Origin: Catajapyx aquilonaris
Lineage: Eukaryota
DNA length: 64,000 nt
Direction: 5' to 3'
Assembly (NCBI GenBank): GCA_000934665.2
Contig: KZ538049.1
Span: 62,001 to 126,000, forward strand
The first letter of the stretch is position 1; every line of letters begins with the position of its first letter. This document shows positions 28,301-41,676 of the stretch, piece by piece. The notes below the pieces were generated by a model. It ran no database searches and was not told where the DNA came from. It worked only from the letters and a program-made list of their open reading frames with translations. The position numbers were made by a program, and so were the translations under genes.

Positions 28301-31300
28301 CTTACAGCCAGATAGCCATAGTTGCTTTGGCTTCTTCCGAATAAACCAAACCAAACCAAACCTAATTGTGCTTGTGTATTCATGCTAATGTTCACATGCA
28401 AGGCTACATATGACCTTCTGGTCCAGTGCTTTGTTAACTTTTACCTTAGCTTCCCACATGATATTAGATTTTTGTACAAGCAATCCATCTTTTGATTATG
28501 GTACGTGATAATCAACATCTACTTTACAGACAAAGATTAAGTTTTTGTTTCATAATTTCACCTCACTGATCATATATTCACCACTGGTCTCAACTATTTT
28601 TGGTATTTGAGATTATATATACTTACTTAGCAGAAGGGCTGAATTTAAATTCTTGTTGAAAGTCAAGTTGAATTCTGTCCCCTGCTGGTGCTAGAATGAC
28701 CCACTCACACTCTGTGTGAGGGTTTGGAATGTTGGGATAATTTGGTGAGGTGAATACAACATTTGGCACCAAATGTGACAAAATGTGGCTGCCTCCACAA
28801 GCGGCCCGAACTTCTTCAAAGTGAATTAGAAATCCCTGTGGAATGTGTAAAGTACATTACTCCAGTACAGTACTGCATGAAATAGTGACTGTGATGACTC
28901 ACCTGCCCACTACTTGATTGTGAAGTAAATCTGATGTGTAACTTATTGCCTATTGTTTCTGGAACAGCCTGTGGGGAAGTGCCACAGTATTTTCCACTGC
29001 CAAGCAAGGGTGACTCAATATTTTCTCCATTTCTGAACTAAAACAAAAAATCTTAAGTTACCAATCCACCAATCTTTTCTTTGTAGTCACAACCCAACTA
29101 CCAACGAGCCCTATCTACAATTGTCATTCCAAAGAAAGGAAGTCAAGGTAGAATTAATCATCTGCCGGTCCCTAGAAGTAACTTTATGACACAATTGTTA
29201 TTTGAGGAATTTGATAAAATATTCCCATATGCAAATCAGGCTCATGGAAGATCAAGGAAATTAATTAAATATTGGATAAGAAAGCAAAGTTCCAGGATGG
29301 CTCTCATAAACATTACTGAAGAATCTCTCTGAACCTGATGTGACTTGAATTGGGCAATGATAGAACACTGAGAAACACTGCAGTAACATTTACCATGATG
29401 AAATCATCACCACAGGCACCACCAGAGGAGTACACATCAATACTTCTAATCTCAATCGCAATTTTTCTGCCTCTTCCAACCTTAACAACCCAGTCACAAT
29501 TTGATTGTGCAGGATAATTTTCAGGATATTGTGGAGACCTGATGAAACCTTCAGTGGCTGACACATTCCCACCACATTCTAAAACAAGGGATTGAATATT
29601 AAAAGAGTCAAATGTGATACGTCATGCTTACTCACTTTCTTGCAACAGAACTTTAAATCCTGTCCTGTTCACAGATACATCTGTTCTAAAGACCAGCTTC
29701 ATAAATTTTCCAGATGATATGAATAAATCAGTTGGTGCATACACAGGATCACACACAGATTCCAGCTTGGTCCATGTGGGCTGGCCACCAACACCTGAAA
29801 TGAAGCAGCTAGAAATGGTGCCAAGGCAGGGCAGCCACCCACAAAATTCCAAAACTTGGCATCAATAACAAAAATGTGCATGCATCCCTGCTGGGAATTG
29901 AACCCAAGACCATGCACGAATCAACTGATTCGATGCATTGCTCTCCCACTGAGCTACAGGACTGCAGTGTGCATTAATTCATATCTCTCGTTAGTTCTCA
30001 GTACCAGTACAATCATTCTTACCATCATAGATATCAAGAGAATCATAGTAGCAATTGTGCGACATTTCCAGCTGGATGTCAATCACAGCCACTGAAACCC
30101 TTCGATCTACGTTGGCTTCTACAATCCATTCACAGTTAAGGTTGTTGTCATAACCTTCAGGATAGCCTGGGTTTGTCAAGTATGTTCCATTTGCAGATGA
30201 TAGACGTATCATCTCCCCACAATCTGCAGAAAGAGGCAATAAAAACTGCAGGACTGTGCTTAAAGAACAACATGAGACTTACCTAAACTGCTTTGCCCTG
30301 ACGTATCTGGAGGTACTGCATTCGTTGGAGGTACCTGAAGCCAATGGATGTGAAATAGTGAACCCACAGTTGGATTCGGGTTAAGAAACTTGATGAATAC
30401 AACATTTGATGTCGAGGTGACAGAAAGTGTGTACTCAGAACCGCAACGCTGGAGGAGAACTCGGCTAGAGTCATCATAACCATCATGCACCTGAAATGAA
30501 TGTCCCACTCATTAAATGGTGTACATTCAATAGGTGCAGGTGATGGTCATACCACTATTGTTGCCCTGCAAGCTCCACTTTGTCCCTCTATATAAAACCT
30601 GCGAAATGCCAGATTCACAGCCATATTCTGATCAACAGTGATTCGCCACGTGAAATCCCCAGCAACACTAAGAGAGTACGGGTACTGAGGTGAATATATC
30701 TCTCCTGACGGGCCTGACAACTCGTTTCCATGCACTGCAGCAACATGATAATATGTAATCAGAGACTCTCTTATAATGGCAAGCCTTAGTATAATACCCA
30801 CTCAAGCTGAAATCTGCAATAAATCCTCGTCCTGTTTCTTCTCCATTGCTGCGAAACTTAATCCACAAAACGTTGGCTTCAGTCATATTAGTTGGAATTT
30901 CACTGCCACAATAATGGCCTAAAAGAGGTCCTTCTGCTGAATTTGCATGTATCTCAACAAAGTCATTGTTGCAATATGGTGACTGTTCCAGATCAAAGGA
31001 TTGGAAAACAAGTGTTACCCTTCCACCTGCAATAAATGGCATGAATATCATGACTGAAGTTTTACTTAACCATTAAATCCAACCTCCATTAGCGCGAATA
31101 GTCCAAACACAGTCAATGTTTGCAGGATACGAATTTGGAAAACCAGGTGTTGCGAAGGTCCCATGATCAGATGTATAATCCCCACCACAAGCTGTCAAGA
31201 TAAAATCAGTTATAAATAAATCAGGTATCAATGACAAATACAGGGTGGACGGAAAGTTTCGGACCCCCCCAGGTTTTTGAACTGTACATTTCACAGAATC

Positions 31301-32182
31301 TGTTCACATCTTTTAAAAGTCCAGAAGAAGTTCTAATGTACACTATCTTTCGAAGCATAATCTTGACAACATGTGAGCACCTTTGCTCCTGCAATTCGAT
31401 TAATAACTTCGTCTCTGTGACTCCTCCATACATCCTATCTGTTTTACGTTTATTTTGCTTGTTGCCTTGGAGGACCGTGGTCATATCTGTGGTAGGTAAG
31501 GTTTTCGTGACCCTTTTCCATTAAAATGTGGTGAATTCATTCCTGACCTTATTTTTCGTATTGGCCTATAACCTGGTCCAATAAAAAAATGAAAAGTAAT
31601 GCATTAAATTGCGGACCCGGATGCATTACTTTCCAATCCTCACATTGGTACGGTACTCACCAGTTTTACTTTTAAAATATTTTCTTGGTGCGAAAGGATA
31701 GTAGACAGTCCTACCTTGGTAAATTAATCAACACGACACATTTCCACTTGCAGAATATCTCCTCCAAGGACACACATTAGAATCAAAAATCTGGGTGGGT
31801 CCAAAACTTTCCGTCCACCCTGTATTTTCACATAAAATAGCCAAAAAAAATAATTTCATATTACAAGGAGATGAAAATTTTGTGGACCATCTAGATATTT
31901 CTCTGGGGGAAAAATGTAAACGCCATAGCACGATAGCAGAGGTACAACCTTTGAAATACTTTCATGTGATATAAGTCTAACACTATTTTTCAAGCATTCC
32001 TCCACTTCCTGAAGAAATCTTTCAACAAGATAGTGTGTAATATAATTATTGGAAAAAAAGTGAACTCTTCCTGTCCTTGGGTGGTGTGCTACTGATGACT
32101 CATTATAATGAAGACCCTTTCCCTACATCCTCTCATTAAGTTTCCACTTCGTAAGTTTAATGACTTCATTTTAATGTCGTGA

Positions 32183-32216
<34 letters not shown>

Positions 32217-35200
32217 GCTGCTGCTGCTGCTGCTGCTGGAACCTAACCCCATTGCTTAAAATGTTGTTAAGTTAAATCTGCAAAGCCTTAGAAACACTCT
32301 CAACTACTCTATTAATGATATTAATGATTAAATGTGTAGTAGCTTCACAATCCTGCTACACAGCCAGATCACCTGCAACGATATAGATACAATGTTAAAT
32401 GCTTAACAAGTACTTTAGTAGTGGAGAGTGTTTCTAAGACTTTATGAACTTAACAAGATTTTAAGAAACTTAGTGCACCTATAGACATTTCATCCTGTGG
32501 AATGGGACTCGATGGTTACCCTGTATATTACCTGCATCAAAATATTTCCAGAATACTCCGAAGCAGCACATAATTGTACGGGGAAACAATACTCTCAGAG
32601 TAATTCCAATGCGCTCTTACCTGATAAAAATGTGTGTGTTTTCATATACTTGTATCCTTTCATATCACACTTCCATCCAAATGCATAAGAACAGTGCAGT
32701 GGTCTGAATATGATCCCTCAACAGAGCTCAAGGTAGCAAAACTTTCTTATCACCTAACCAGTTACCAGATTATCACAGTAAACTATTCCCCTTTACAAAT
32801 ATTCACATTTCAATAATAATCACCAGTTCTAATATTAAAGTAAATGTCATAACTGCAAGTTAAAAACACCTTAACTGTACTTTAAAATCTACTGACCTGA
32901 TTCAAGCACTGAGTATATAGCTCGGAAGCGTCCTCCATTCCAATAATCTGACACCAAGTGAACCAGAAGTGCAGGGCCTTGGCTAGTGATGGCGGGAGGC
33001 ACCTTGTTCCCACACAAGCGATGAATCAGAGGTGAATCAAGATCAGTTCCATCACGCACATCTACATACCACTCAGTGCAATTTAATGCTTCGTCTGTTG
33101 CCAGGTCTAAGTGTGTGAAGGTCAGAGTGACATGGTCATCTGGAAGACAAAGTATTTTAACACAGCAGTGCAAGTAGAGCTCCTCATTTATACACATACC
33201 AGCTCTCTGCCCAACAATGTGCCAGGTGCAATTAAGTGAAGCTGGATACATGGCAGGAAAGAGTGGAGATGTTAATTCACCACTCTCCTCTGTGTAAATA
33301 AGTCCACCACATCCCTGTTGCAATAGTAAGTAGTATGAACATACCAGGACATTACAATATTTCAACATTACACACCATTTTATAAGAAGCAAGGAATCCT
33401 TTTGCCACATTACTTCCATCTGCTTTCATACGCACATACATTGTGTTCCCAGTAGAGCGCACAATTGCTGGGACAGGAAGGCTAGCTCCACAATGTACCA
33501 TAAGGACAGGGGCATTGGCATCATTTCCATCATACACCTGTTGAGAAATTCATGTGGGTACCATGCTGGTATCACTATCACATTTCTTGCACTCACAGTA
33601 ACAGAATCATATGTGCAATTAGTTGCAGGCTCCACATCAAAGTCTTTAAATTCCAGCTCCACTACATGGTTAGGAATCACTTCAATAGTCCAAGCACAGT
33701 CATCATGATCCCCGTAATTGCTGGGATAATTCTTCGTGTGAATGCTGCCTGAATCACCAACAAATCTTCCCCCACATCCTGAAGAAATGTATTTCAGTCT
33801 AGCAAAATAGGATTACAACCAATTCAATACCAACCATTAAGCTTGGTTGTGTAAGTGGCTCTGAATCCCCGACCAGAAAGAGAACCATCACTGTGGAAGT
33901 GGGCAAAAATTTGGTTACCAGTTGATGATACAGTGACTGGGGTAGTGCTACCATGGCACAAATTACGTAATTTTGGTGCAGTATCATCAGGACCACCATA
34001 TATCTGTAAAATGAAGTATATTTAAACAAAAGCTCATGTAGACATTTAAAAATGACTCACATCCAGGTAGTCAAAGCGGCATTCTGCCTCCCCCTCCAAA
34101 TCCACATCAGTTATGTTCAATTCTATGCTGTTTCCTGGTTCAACAGTAATGAACCACTGACAATCAACTCCAGTTTGATATAAATTGGGGTAATTAGGAG
34201 AAGTAAATTCACCGCTAGCTCGTCTCATGATTCCTCCACAACCTTTGAATTATCAATCCCCATTACAACATTATAGCAATCATGGAGTAATGTAAAAATG
34301 ATGTTACTTACCATTAACAACCCATTCAAGTCTAAAGCCATTATGTGCCACAGAGAAGTCAGAAACAAATGTCACAAATACATTTTCTTTTGTGGATGCA
34401 ATATGATGAGGAGGTCTGAGCCCACCACAGTATTTACCAATATCGTGTGTTGGTTCCAAGGAGGTGCTTTCTTTCAGCTATAAGTTAACCAGCATTTTAT
34501 GGTCACATATGAAAAATTAATATGGTATCTTACCTCCAAATAATCATAGTTGCAGTTGTTTCTCATATGATCTTCAACATCAAAGTGAGAGAAAGTCACA
34601 TTTAAGGTATTCCCAAGTGGTGCCATGATTACCCAAGTGCAATTGCGATTGTGTGGGTATGGATGTGGAAAGTTGGGGCTTTCAATCACTCCATTCCACC
34701 CTCTGAGTTGTCTGTTACAAGCTGCAAAACAGATAATAGTGTCACACCCGGGCCTTTTTAACTAAAATAATACTGCAGTCTCACATGATTCATATCGGGC
34801 AAGGAACCCCCTTCCATTATCATTATAGTCTGACCTAAATTTCACCCACAATGTTGGACCAGTTGAGTTAATGGATATGAGGCTACTTCCATCACAAAAC
34901 CTTCCTAATGATGATGATGATGACAATCTGTCATTGAATACCTACAAATATATACGCATACATGTATTATGTACTGTACAGGCCTGCATTTCTCAGCCTC
35001 ATGCCATGAAAGCACTCACCTCAACATAGTCATAGTAACACTGCTGCTGTGTTTCAAAATCCATATCAACAAATGTCAGATGGATAGTGCTCCCCATGCT
35101 GACTGTAATTCTCCAAATGCATTCAGCTGAATGGCCATATGGGGCAGGATAATTAGGGGAAGCCAGAGAACCCCTTGAACTATTCAGCACTCCTCCACAT

Positions 35201-37269
35201 CCTGAAAAGATTGCTGTTCAGTTTGAGATTCAGGGCCCTATAAATAATGATACTGACCTCTGGATGTGCCATCCCAGAGTATCTGGAAACCTCTTCCACT
35301 CCAAGAATGATCTGATTGGAAATGCAGATACATCTGATGGCTGTGTGATGGTATCACTCGTGGAATGCTACTGTTTGTGCCACAATATTTGCCCACCAGC
35401 GGTGAAGTGGCATAACCTCCATTCCTATTAATATAAATTAAATCAAGGTCATTTTGACACTTCCAGTTGCAGTGAAGCACCTTATCTCCAAGAAGTCATA
35501 TGCACAATCATGATGTTGCTCTAGATCAAATCTGGTTATATTCAGAAGAATTTGTTGTCCTTGTGGAACTTGAATAACCCAAGTGCAGTCTTTGTTGTGT
35601 GGATATCCATTGGGATATCCCGGAGATGTCAGAACACCTGTCTCAGTGTAATAATTTCTACTACACACTATGAACAAAAGTAATCGTCAGTATACAATCA
35701 CCAAATTTTACATAAAAAATAATGACACACCTGTCGATGCATCAAAACTCAAATATGTTGCTGAGAATCCTTCAGCAGCATAAGACTCATCTGACTTAAA
35801 AACAACAGTGACTATCTCACCAGTGGATGTGAGTGTAGGTGGCAGGTCATTTCCACAAAATCTGAAATAAAACTCATAAGAATCAGCAGTCAAGTGTATC
35901 AATTATCTCACCTTCCAATCAGACTGCCCGGTTGTGGAAATGATGAATTGTCTGACACAGTGACTGAGTCAAATGCACATCGTGCATGGTTCTCTAGGCT
36001 AAATGCTTGCCAACTCAACTGAATTATTCTCCCAGGATCAACATGAATGATCCATGTACATTCAACACCATGGGGATATGGTGATGATGATTCAGGATAA
36101 GTTATAAAACCACGACTGCTAGTTAGAATTCCTCCACAACCTGTCATTTTAAAAAATAAAAATTATTTCAGATACATCATATATAGCAGATTGTCCCATA
36201 CCAACATCAATGGTGGAATAGTTGGCCAAGAATCCCAAGTTTTGTTGCGATCCATCAGTTGCAAATCTAATCCATAAGTAATTGAATGTTGAAATAATGG
36301 GTGCAGGCATATTAGATTGATCACCACAGTATCGACCAATTAATGTGGAATTTCCACTATTACCATCTCTCACCTGAGGTAATATTTAAAAATAAAGCCC
36401 GGTCATTTAAAAATACATTTCTCAACTTAGCAATTACTCACTTCAATGAAATCGTATGGACACCCATTCCAGCCAGATTCAATATCAAAAAACTGGAAGT
36501 CCAGCCTTACAGCTTTACCAACTGGCTGAGAAATGATGTAAGTGCAATCACGATTTCTTGGATATGCTTCAGGATAAAATGGTGAGTGAAAGGTACCATT
36601 AGATGCAGTGAACACATCACCACAAGCTGAAAAAATATAATGTATGTAAGACGCTGGAGTAGTCTTGCACAAAATCAGCCTCACCTGCATCATATCTAGC
36701 CTGGAATCCTTCTCCTACTACAGAATAATCAGTAAAAAACCGAACATACAAGCCACTACCTAGTGAGCGATATGGAGGAGGTAAAAAGTCTCGACCGCAA
36801 TATCTTCCAACCAAGGGTCCTTCTGCGCTCAGTCCTTCACGGACCTAAAAACATATTGCTGTATTTCATCTGCATCAGTTGCATTTTTATACACACCTCT
36901 AGAAAGTCATGTCTGCAGTCAGGTCCACCAGCTTCCAGATCAAACCGCAGAAATGTCAGAGAAATTTTGTCTGATGATTGCAAGCGAATTAACCATTCAC
37001 AGTCCATATTATGCTGATAAGGATCTGGGTGCCCTGGACTAGAAAATGAGCCTGGAACTTGAGTTAACAAGCCACCACAACCTGGTACTCCAGGAACTTC
37101 TGAATAAGTGAGATGAAATCCAGTGTCTGTTCCTGTCTCATCAGAGTGAAAGTGAATCCAGGCTGATGACCCAGAAGTTGTAAATTGCTGTACGTCACTT
37201 GAGTTGCAAATTTGCTGGTATTCGGTTGCCGCCTCACTAGACCCATCTCTAACCTGGAAGGTTACATAG

Positions 37270-37348
<79 letters not shown>

Positions 37349-40300
37349 GCGGATATGCGGTGATAGGCCTCCTTGGGCCTCTAAGGGATCATCTTTTGAA
37401 TAACCATCTTTAATCATTGCCTGCGCTGTGATGGATTTTGATTGCGGGAGGAAACGGGAGAACCCCAAGAAAACCCACGCAAACACAGAGAGAACCCATT
37501 GAAACTCTATCCACATAAGTATCCTCCGTCCGACCTGGGGATCGAACTCAGGACCTTAGAGGTGGAAGGCTGCAGAGAAAACCACTCCGCCACAGTGTCG
37601 CCCATGGAAGGTTACATAGCAACATTACCCGAGTCCTAGAAAAGCATTCTCCATACAAGTTCACTCACTTCCACATAGTCATGGTTGCAGTCAGTTGATG
37701 GTTGCAACTGAATGGTACCAAAGGTTAGCTGAATACGTTTTCCTGCACCAACATGAATAATCCAGTAGCAATCTCGATTTACAGGATACCGTCCAGGATA
37801 GCCTGGAGACACAATTGCTCCAGGACGAGTCACTTGGAAAGTCCCACCACACTCTGGAACCAGCCAAGTCAGCCAAAGTCCTGATGCATTTAAAATGAAG
37901 GTCACTCCAACCTGGGTCTATAGTAGTCCAAGTCATTGCAAATCCATTTCCAGATACTGAATGGTCTGAACGAAACCACATGAACATTGCATTATGGGTT
38001 GTGTTAAAGTTGCCTCCCTTGGGCAATCCCTGACCACAAAATTTGCCAATGAGGTGCCCACTGACATCATAGCCATCATGAATCTGAAATGCATAGTTCA
38101 TGCTTTCTCAGGCTAACAAAAGTGCTTAAGACAAGTTGCGGGGTGAAATTTCAAGGTTGTAACTACATAGGATTTTCATTGCAGTTACAACTTTATAATT
38201 CTCACCCCACGAAGTCACTGTCCCAATAAATCAATCATTAAATATTATCATGGATCATGATCAATAATAAATTCAAAACAAGTAATGTTGTTCATCGTTG
38301 ATATAGGACGAATTGATTCAAATATGATTACTAACAATGAATAACAATGAACAATATTTTGTTTGGAATTTGCTATCAATCACATAAACAGGCCTAGTGA
38401 AAAATAACTATGTCACTTGCAGAAAGCCAGTCATAGCTGCAGTCATGTGCTTCTTCAAGATGAAAATTTTGGAAGGTTACATTAAGAATTTTCCCAATTG
38501 TAGTCACAATTGTCCACATGCAATTGGTGTTGTGTGAATAATCTGAAATCCCACTGTGAGGAAATTGCAGTGTTCCTTCAGGTGATGAGAAATACCCTGT
38601 ACAACCTGAAAAATATTAGCATGACAATCTGCTACTGGCAAGATCAGCATGCTTCACTTACTTTGCTGTTGTTCTTGGCATCTATCGCCATAATAATCAC
38701 CAGTACATGAGCAAGTGTAACCATGCCCAGTTCTTATACATGTACCTCCATTTAGACATGGAGTACTGTCACAAGGGTTGATTGAAATACTGCATGTAGT
38801 ACCTGCCAAAAAAATGCACGTTTGACCTTTGATACAAAGAAAATCTGCAAAAGTATCTACCTGTGAAACCATAATAGCAATTGCAAGTATATCCATTTGA
38901 ACCCAATGAGACACACTGCCCATTAACGCAAGGATGACTGCTGCAGCCATCAGAAACAGGGCCACCAGTGGATATGCATCCCTGCAGACCTACTCCATTT
39001 CCAGAGTAGCCAGGTGGGCAAGTGCATGTCACATAACTAGATCCAATCACTGTGAAAAAATAGGTGTGAAATTCTTTTCTCACATTTCAACCTTGCTAAT
39101 TTGTCAACGAACTGGCATTGGGTGTGCATATGGCCACAGGATGGCAACCTCCATTATTTATGCTGCAGGCATTGCTGGTACCTCCAGAGCTACAAGTGTA
39201 ACCATCACCTTGGTATCCTAATGGACATGGACCACATGCCCGAGAACCCTGCAGAATGAAGGTAAGTGAGACTGGAAATAGACATCCAATAATGAGCACC
39301 ACAAACTTACAGCTGTGTTAATGCATTGGACATAGGGATTTGTGCTGCAACCACCATTGTTTACTAAGCATTCATCTATGTCATCACAATAATATCCATT
39401 GCCAGTGTAACCTGCAATGACCATAGTGCTGAGTATGTGTCACTTGAACCCATCAGGATAATCCAAGGTCTCGACCCAAGCAGTTACTACCTGAAGGGCA
39501 ATTCCCACAATGATAAGATCCTGGATAATTTAGGCACTGAACACGGGGATTGCGAGAGCATGTAGGATGAGGCTGTGAGCATTCATCCACATCAACAGTA
39601 CAAGCAGGACTCATTCCATCTGTTTCCCAACCCTGCAACACATGATGTTACATTACATGGCATGCTAAAATGTAATAATTGTGACACAAACCCCATCACA
39701 TATGCATGTATATCCTGATGCTCCAGAATGCTGGTTCACACACTTGCCATGTCCACATAGCTCCATTTCAGATCCACTGCTGCAATCATTTGATCTCAAG
39801 GTACAATGTATTCCAAACCAGCCTGAAGTACAGATGCATCTGAAACATAGAAAAGTCAGTACCATGTAAAATCTTAACAAGACTATCATGGGCTCACTCA
39901 TAAGAACCGGGTTTGTTGACACAAGAAGCACTATGTTGGCAACCTAGGTCTGTGCCAGCAAAGTGGTAACATTCATTGACATCTGTCTGACACTGTGAAC
40001 CCTGAAATATAAGATTCAGCATTAACAATAATACCCACACTCACACAAGAAAACTATGTACCTCCCAAGAATCTGGGCAGAGACAAAAATAGCCATTATA
40101 GTTATCAAAGCAGGTACCTCCATGTTGACAAGGGTTACTTTCACATTCATTTCTTTCTAACACAACTCTCAGCCTGCGCAAGTCACCACGCATGGTATTA
40201 ACCTGCAAGACAATTTCCATGTTTAAAGATAGCAAAATTTTACACTTCTATTGCATACTCTGTTTCTGATTGTTGTAATTCTTCTGTTAATTTGTGCACG

Positions 40301-40923
40301 TTGGCTGCTGGTGTCCTAAAAGGCAACATTTTAGTTAGAATAGTAATAACATACTGTTGTGCTTAGGACATGTTACACACCCTATTTTGCAATGTCTGTA
40401 GTTGTTGCTCTAAAGTGGAAACTCGTTCCATTCCTTGTTCCAGAGTGTCAATGCGTGTCATAGCCTGGTCCACCAATTGTTTTTGTCTTCTCAACCCATT
40501 TGGACCCAGTACTTCCCTTGTCAAATTACGAACTGATCTTGCCACCCATGGAAGAATAGTGGCACGCAACCTCCTGCTCAATGCAGTTGCATTTTGAGCC
40601 TGAAAGCAAGCAACATTATTCATCCCATTCTCATCTAATGCACCAAAGCAATGTTACCATCTGAGCAAGAGAATTGAGATCTGCGCCATTCAGTCTGATT
40701 TTTCCACTCCCTTGTGTTTTCAAAAATATGTTATAATTTTGTCCTGTTTGGAAGACTAGATTCCCATTTTCGGTGATTATTTGGGGCCTGAGAAAAACTC
40801 AAAATTATATTCCACCAATTTACACATTACAAAAATTCAGAACACTTACTGGGCATCATATATAGCACCACCTTGGGTCCAAAAACATGCCAAGAAGCAC
40901 AAGAACACAAATGTAAATCTCAT
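14752..40923 (-). CDS. CUBN: Cubilin: signal peptide, N-terminal coiled coil, 8 EGF, 27 CUB domains
   Basis: ATG at 40923 ([37 protein letters not shown], matching the cubilin N-terminus). EGF repeats about 40150-38660. 27 CUB units (CGG...SPNYP...C.W...C..D...CG...GF) counted by hand from 38585 to 16001. The terminal exon 14786-14752 ([11 protein letters not shown]) is tentative, supported by a good acceptor and AATAAA at 14690-14685. Confidence 0.93.
14903..15344. mobile_element. MITE, CAGGGTG ends, TA TSD; same family as 49170-49590
   Basis: TIR CAGGGTGAAGGGAAACTTGCGGACAATCGCCAGG with inverted arms over 100 bp. Interior colinear with 49170-49590. Confidence 0.9.
15414..15747 (+). mobile_element. 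tRNA-derived SINE family B
   Basis: A box TGGCCGAGATGG and B box GGTTCGATCCC. A-rich tail. 13-bp TSD AATTAAAACTTTC at 15401-15413 and 15748-15760. Confidence 0.88.
21561..21799. mobile_element. TA-flanked MITE with CAGT ends
   Basis: TA|CAGTGCCCACAGCCTAACTTCTC...GAGAAGTTAGGCTGTGAGTACTG|TA. Confidence 0.8.
21964..22245 (+). mobile_element. tRNA-derived SINE family D
   Basis: A box TGGTCTAGAGCGG and B box GGTTCAAATCC. Poly-A tail. TSD AAGC(T/C)AATAACAAAA at 21948-21962 and 22246-22260. Confidence 0.82.
22276..22348. repeat. (TAA)n microsatellite
   Basis: Long perfect TAA run. Confidence 0.95.
22688..23076 (+). mobile_element. 5'-truncated LINE (I/R1-group-like ORF2 C-terminus plus 3' UTR)
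   Basis: Encodes [20 protein letters not shown] (CCHC zinc knuckle typical of the ORF2 C-terminus), then a stop, UTR and (ATA)n tail. TSD ATAATAATTTTGCAACA at 22671-22687 and 23077-23093. Confidence 0.8.
23450..23759. mobile_element. CACTG-ended, TA-flanked MITE (CACTA/EnSpm-like) with internal duplicated palindromic unit
   Basis: TA|CACTGTAAACAGCAAAACATTA...TAATGTTTTGCGGTTAACAGTG|TA. A unit of about 100 bp occurs twice internally. Confidence 0.8.
25450..25682 (-). mobile_element. Degenerate SINE family A copy
   Basis: GGAGAACCCTGAAAAACCCCATGCAAACATGGAGAGAACCC...GAGGTGGAAGGCTGTGGAACTAACCACTAC is a diverged reverse complement of 12806-13062. Left boundary approximate. Confidence 0.75.
26254..26421. 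mobile_element. Degenerate short MITE
   Basis: Imperfect inverted ends TGCGTTTACATGTGAGCAATTTGACGAGTGAAG / CTTCGCTCATCAAATCACTAACATGTAAAAGCA. Confidence 0.55.
27321..27666 (-). mobile_element. Retroposed fragment with (AATG)n tail
   Basis: (CATT)n at 27319-27338 on the plus strand. TSD ACGAATAT(G/A)ACA at 27309-27320 and 27667-27678. Confidence 0.6.
27796..28051 (+). mobile_element. 5'-truncated SINE related to family B
   Basis: Shares TCCTTGCACC...AGAAAACTG...GGC/GGT...CCCCC with 15414-15747. A-rich tail. 14-bp TSD ATAATGTTAACAGC at 27782-27795 and 28052-28065. Confidence 0.8.
29884..29962 (-). pseudogene. tRNA-like sequence (pseudo-tRNA or SINE head) in a cubilin intron
   Basis: Minus strand has A box TAGCTCAGTGG and T arm TTGGGTTCAATTCCCAG. 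The anticodon arm is an extended hairpin and the acceptor stem is imperfect. Confidence 0.6.
31241..31822. mobile_element. MITE, CAGGGTG ends, TA TSD
   Basis: TIR CAGGGTGGACGGAAAGTTT(C/T)GGACCC on both ends. Confidence 0.88.
32183..32238. repeat. Compound (GTT)n(GCT)n microsatellite
   Basis: Directly visible; intronic. Confidence 0.9.
32252..32469. repeat. Imperfect inverted repeat (old MITE)
   Basis: CTTAAAATGTTGTTAAGTT...CTTAGAAACACTCTC versus GAGAGTGTTTCTAAG...AACTTAACAAGATTTTAAG. Confidence 0.65.
37270..37604 (-). mobile_element. SINE family A, full length with long (TTA)n tail
   Basis: Reverse complement of the 12806 family. 15-bp TSD TGGAAGGTTACATAG at 37255-37269 and 37605-37619. 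Confidence 0.92.
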
Positions 40924-41676
40924 GGCAAGAGTGTATTCTTCTTCATTGATGGCACAACTGCAACTCTTTCAGTTGTATAAATCACTTGGTAAATAGGACA
41001 CTCAAATGTAAATCTCCTCAATAGTGTCACCTGTCAGCAGATAATCCTTTGAAAGGTTGGTAAAGGACTGTTCACTGCCAGAACTCAGAAGGAACTAGAA
41101 GAACAGTGATGACCCAGGGACCATTGGGAAAGGGGGCGGTATCCAGCATCCTTTTTCAGTGGATATATCAACTTCACTCCTCCCATATCAGATATCCATT
41201 ACCAGGGTGGTATGTTGCTGGGTTCCATTACATTTAATAAAACATTGTGCAATTTAAAATACATAATTATTCAAAACCATCAAGTCATTATCTGAGCATC
41301 TTGTAGGGAATTAAGTGAGTGTTTCTAAATAAGAGTAAGTTATTTATAATTGTGGGACAAGGTGGTAGTATGCCACAGTGATTCAAATGGAATATCTGAG
41401 AGTTCAAATCCTGCCTATCACCTTTGCCTGGTAAGACGTTTTTCTGCTTCTCTACTAATGTTGTCTGGACAAACTTTTACTCCCAACTCTGCCCACAGCC
41501 AGAAAAAATTGTGTGGAATTCCAGATGTCCAAAATGTTATGTTATCATGGAAATAACCTCTCCCCTTTCAGAAAAACTGGATAAATGTTCTGCATGAAAA
41601 AGGTTCACGCTAGGGTTTGAATATAAAACACTACAAAAGCATCATCATCATCTTTGTTGTAGTTGTCTTTTTTAAA

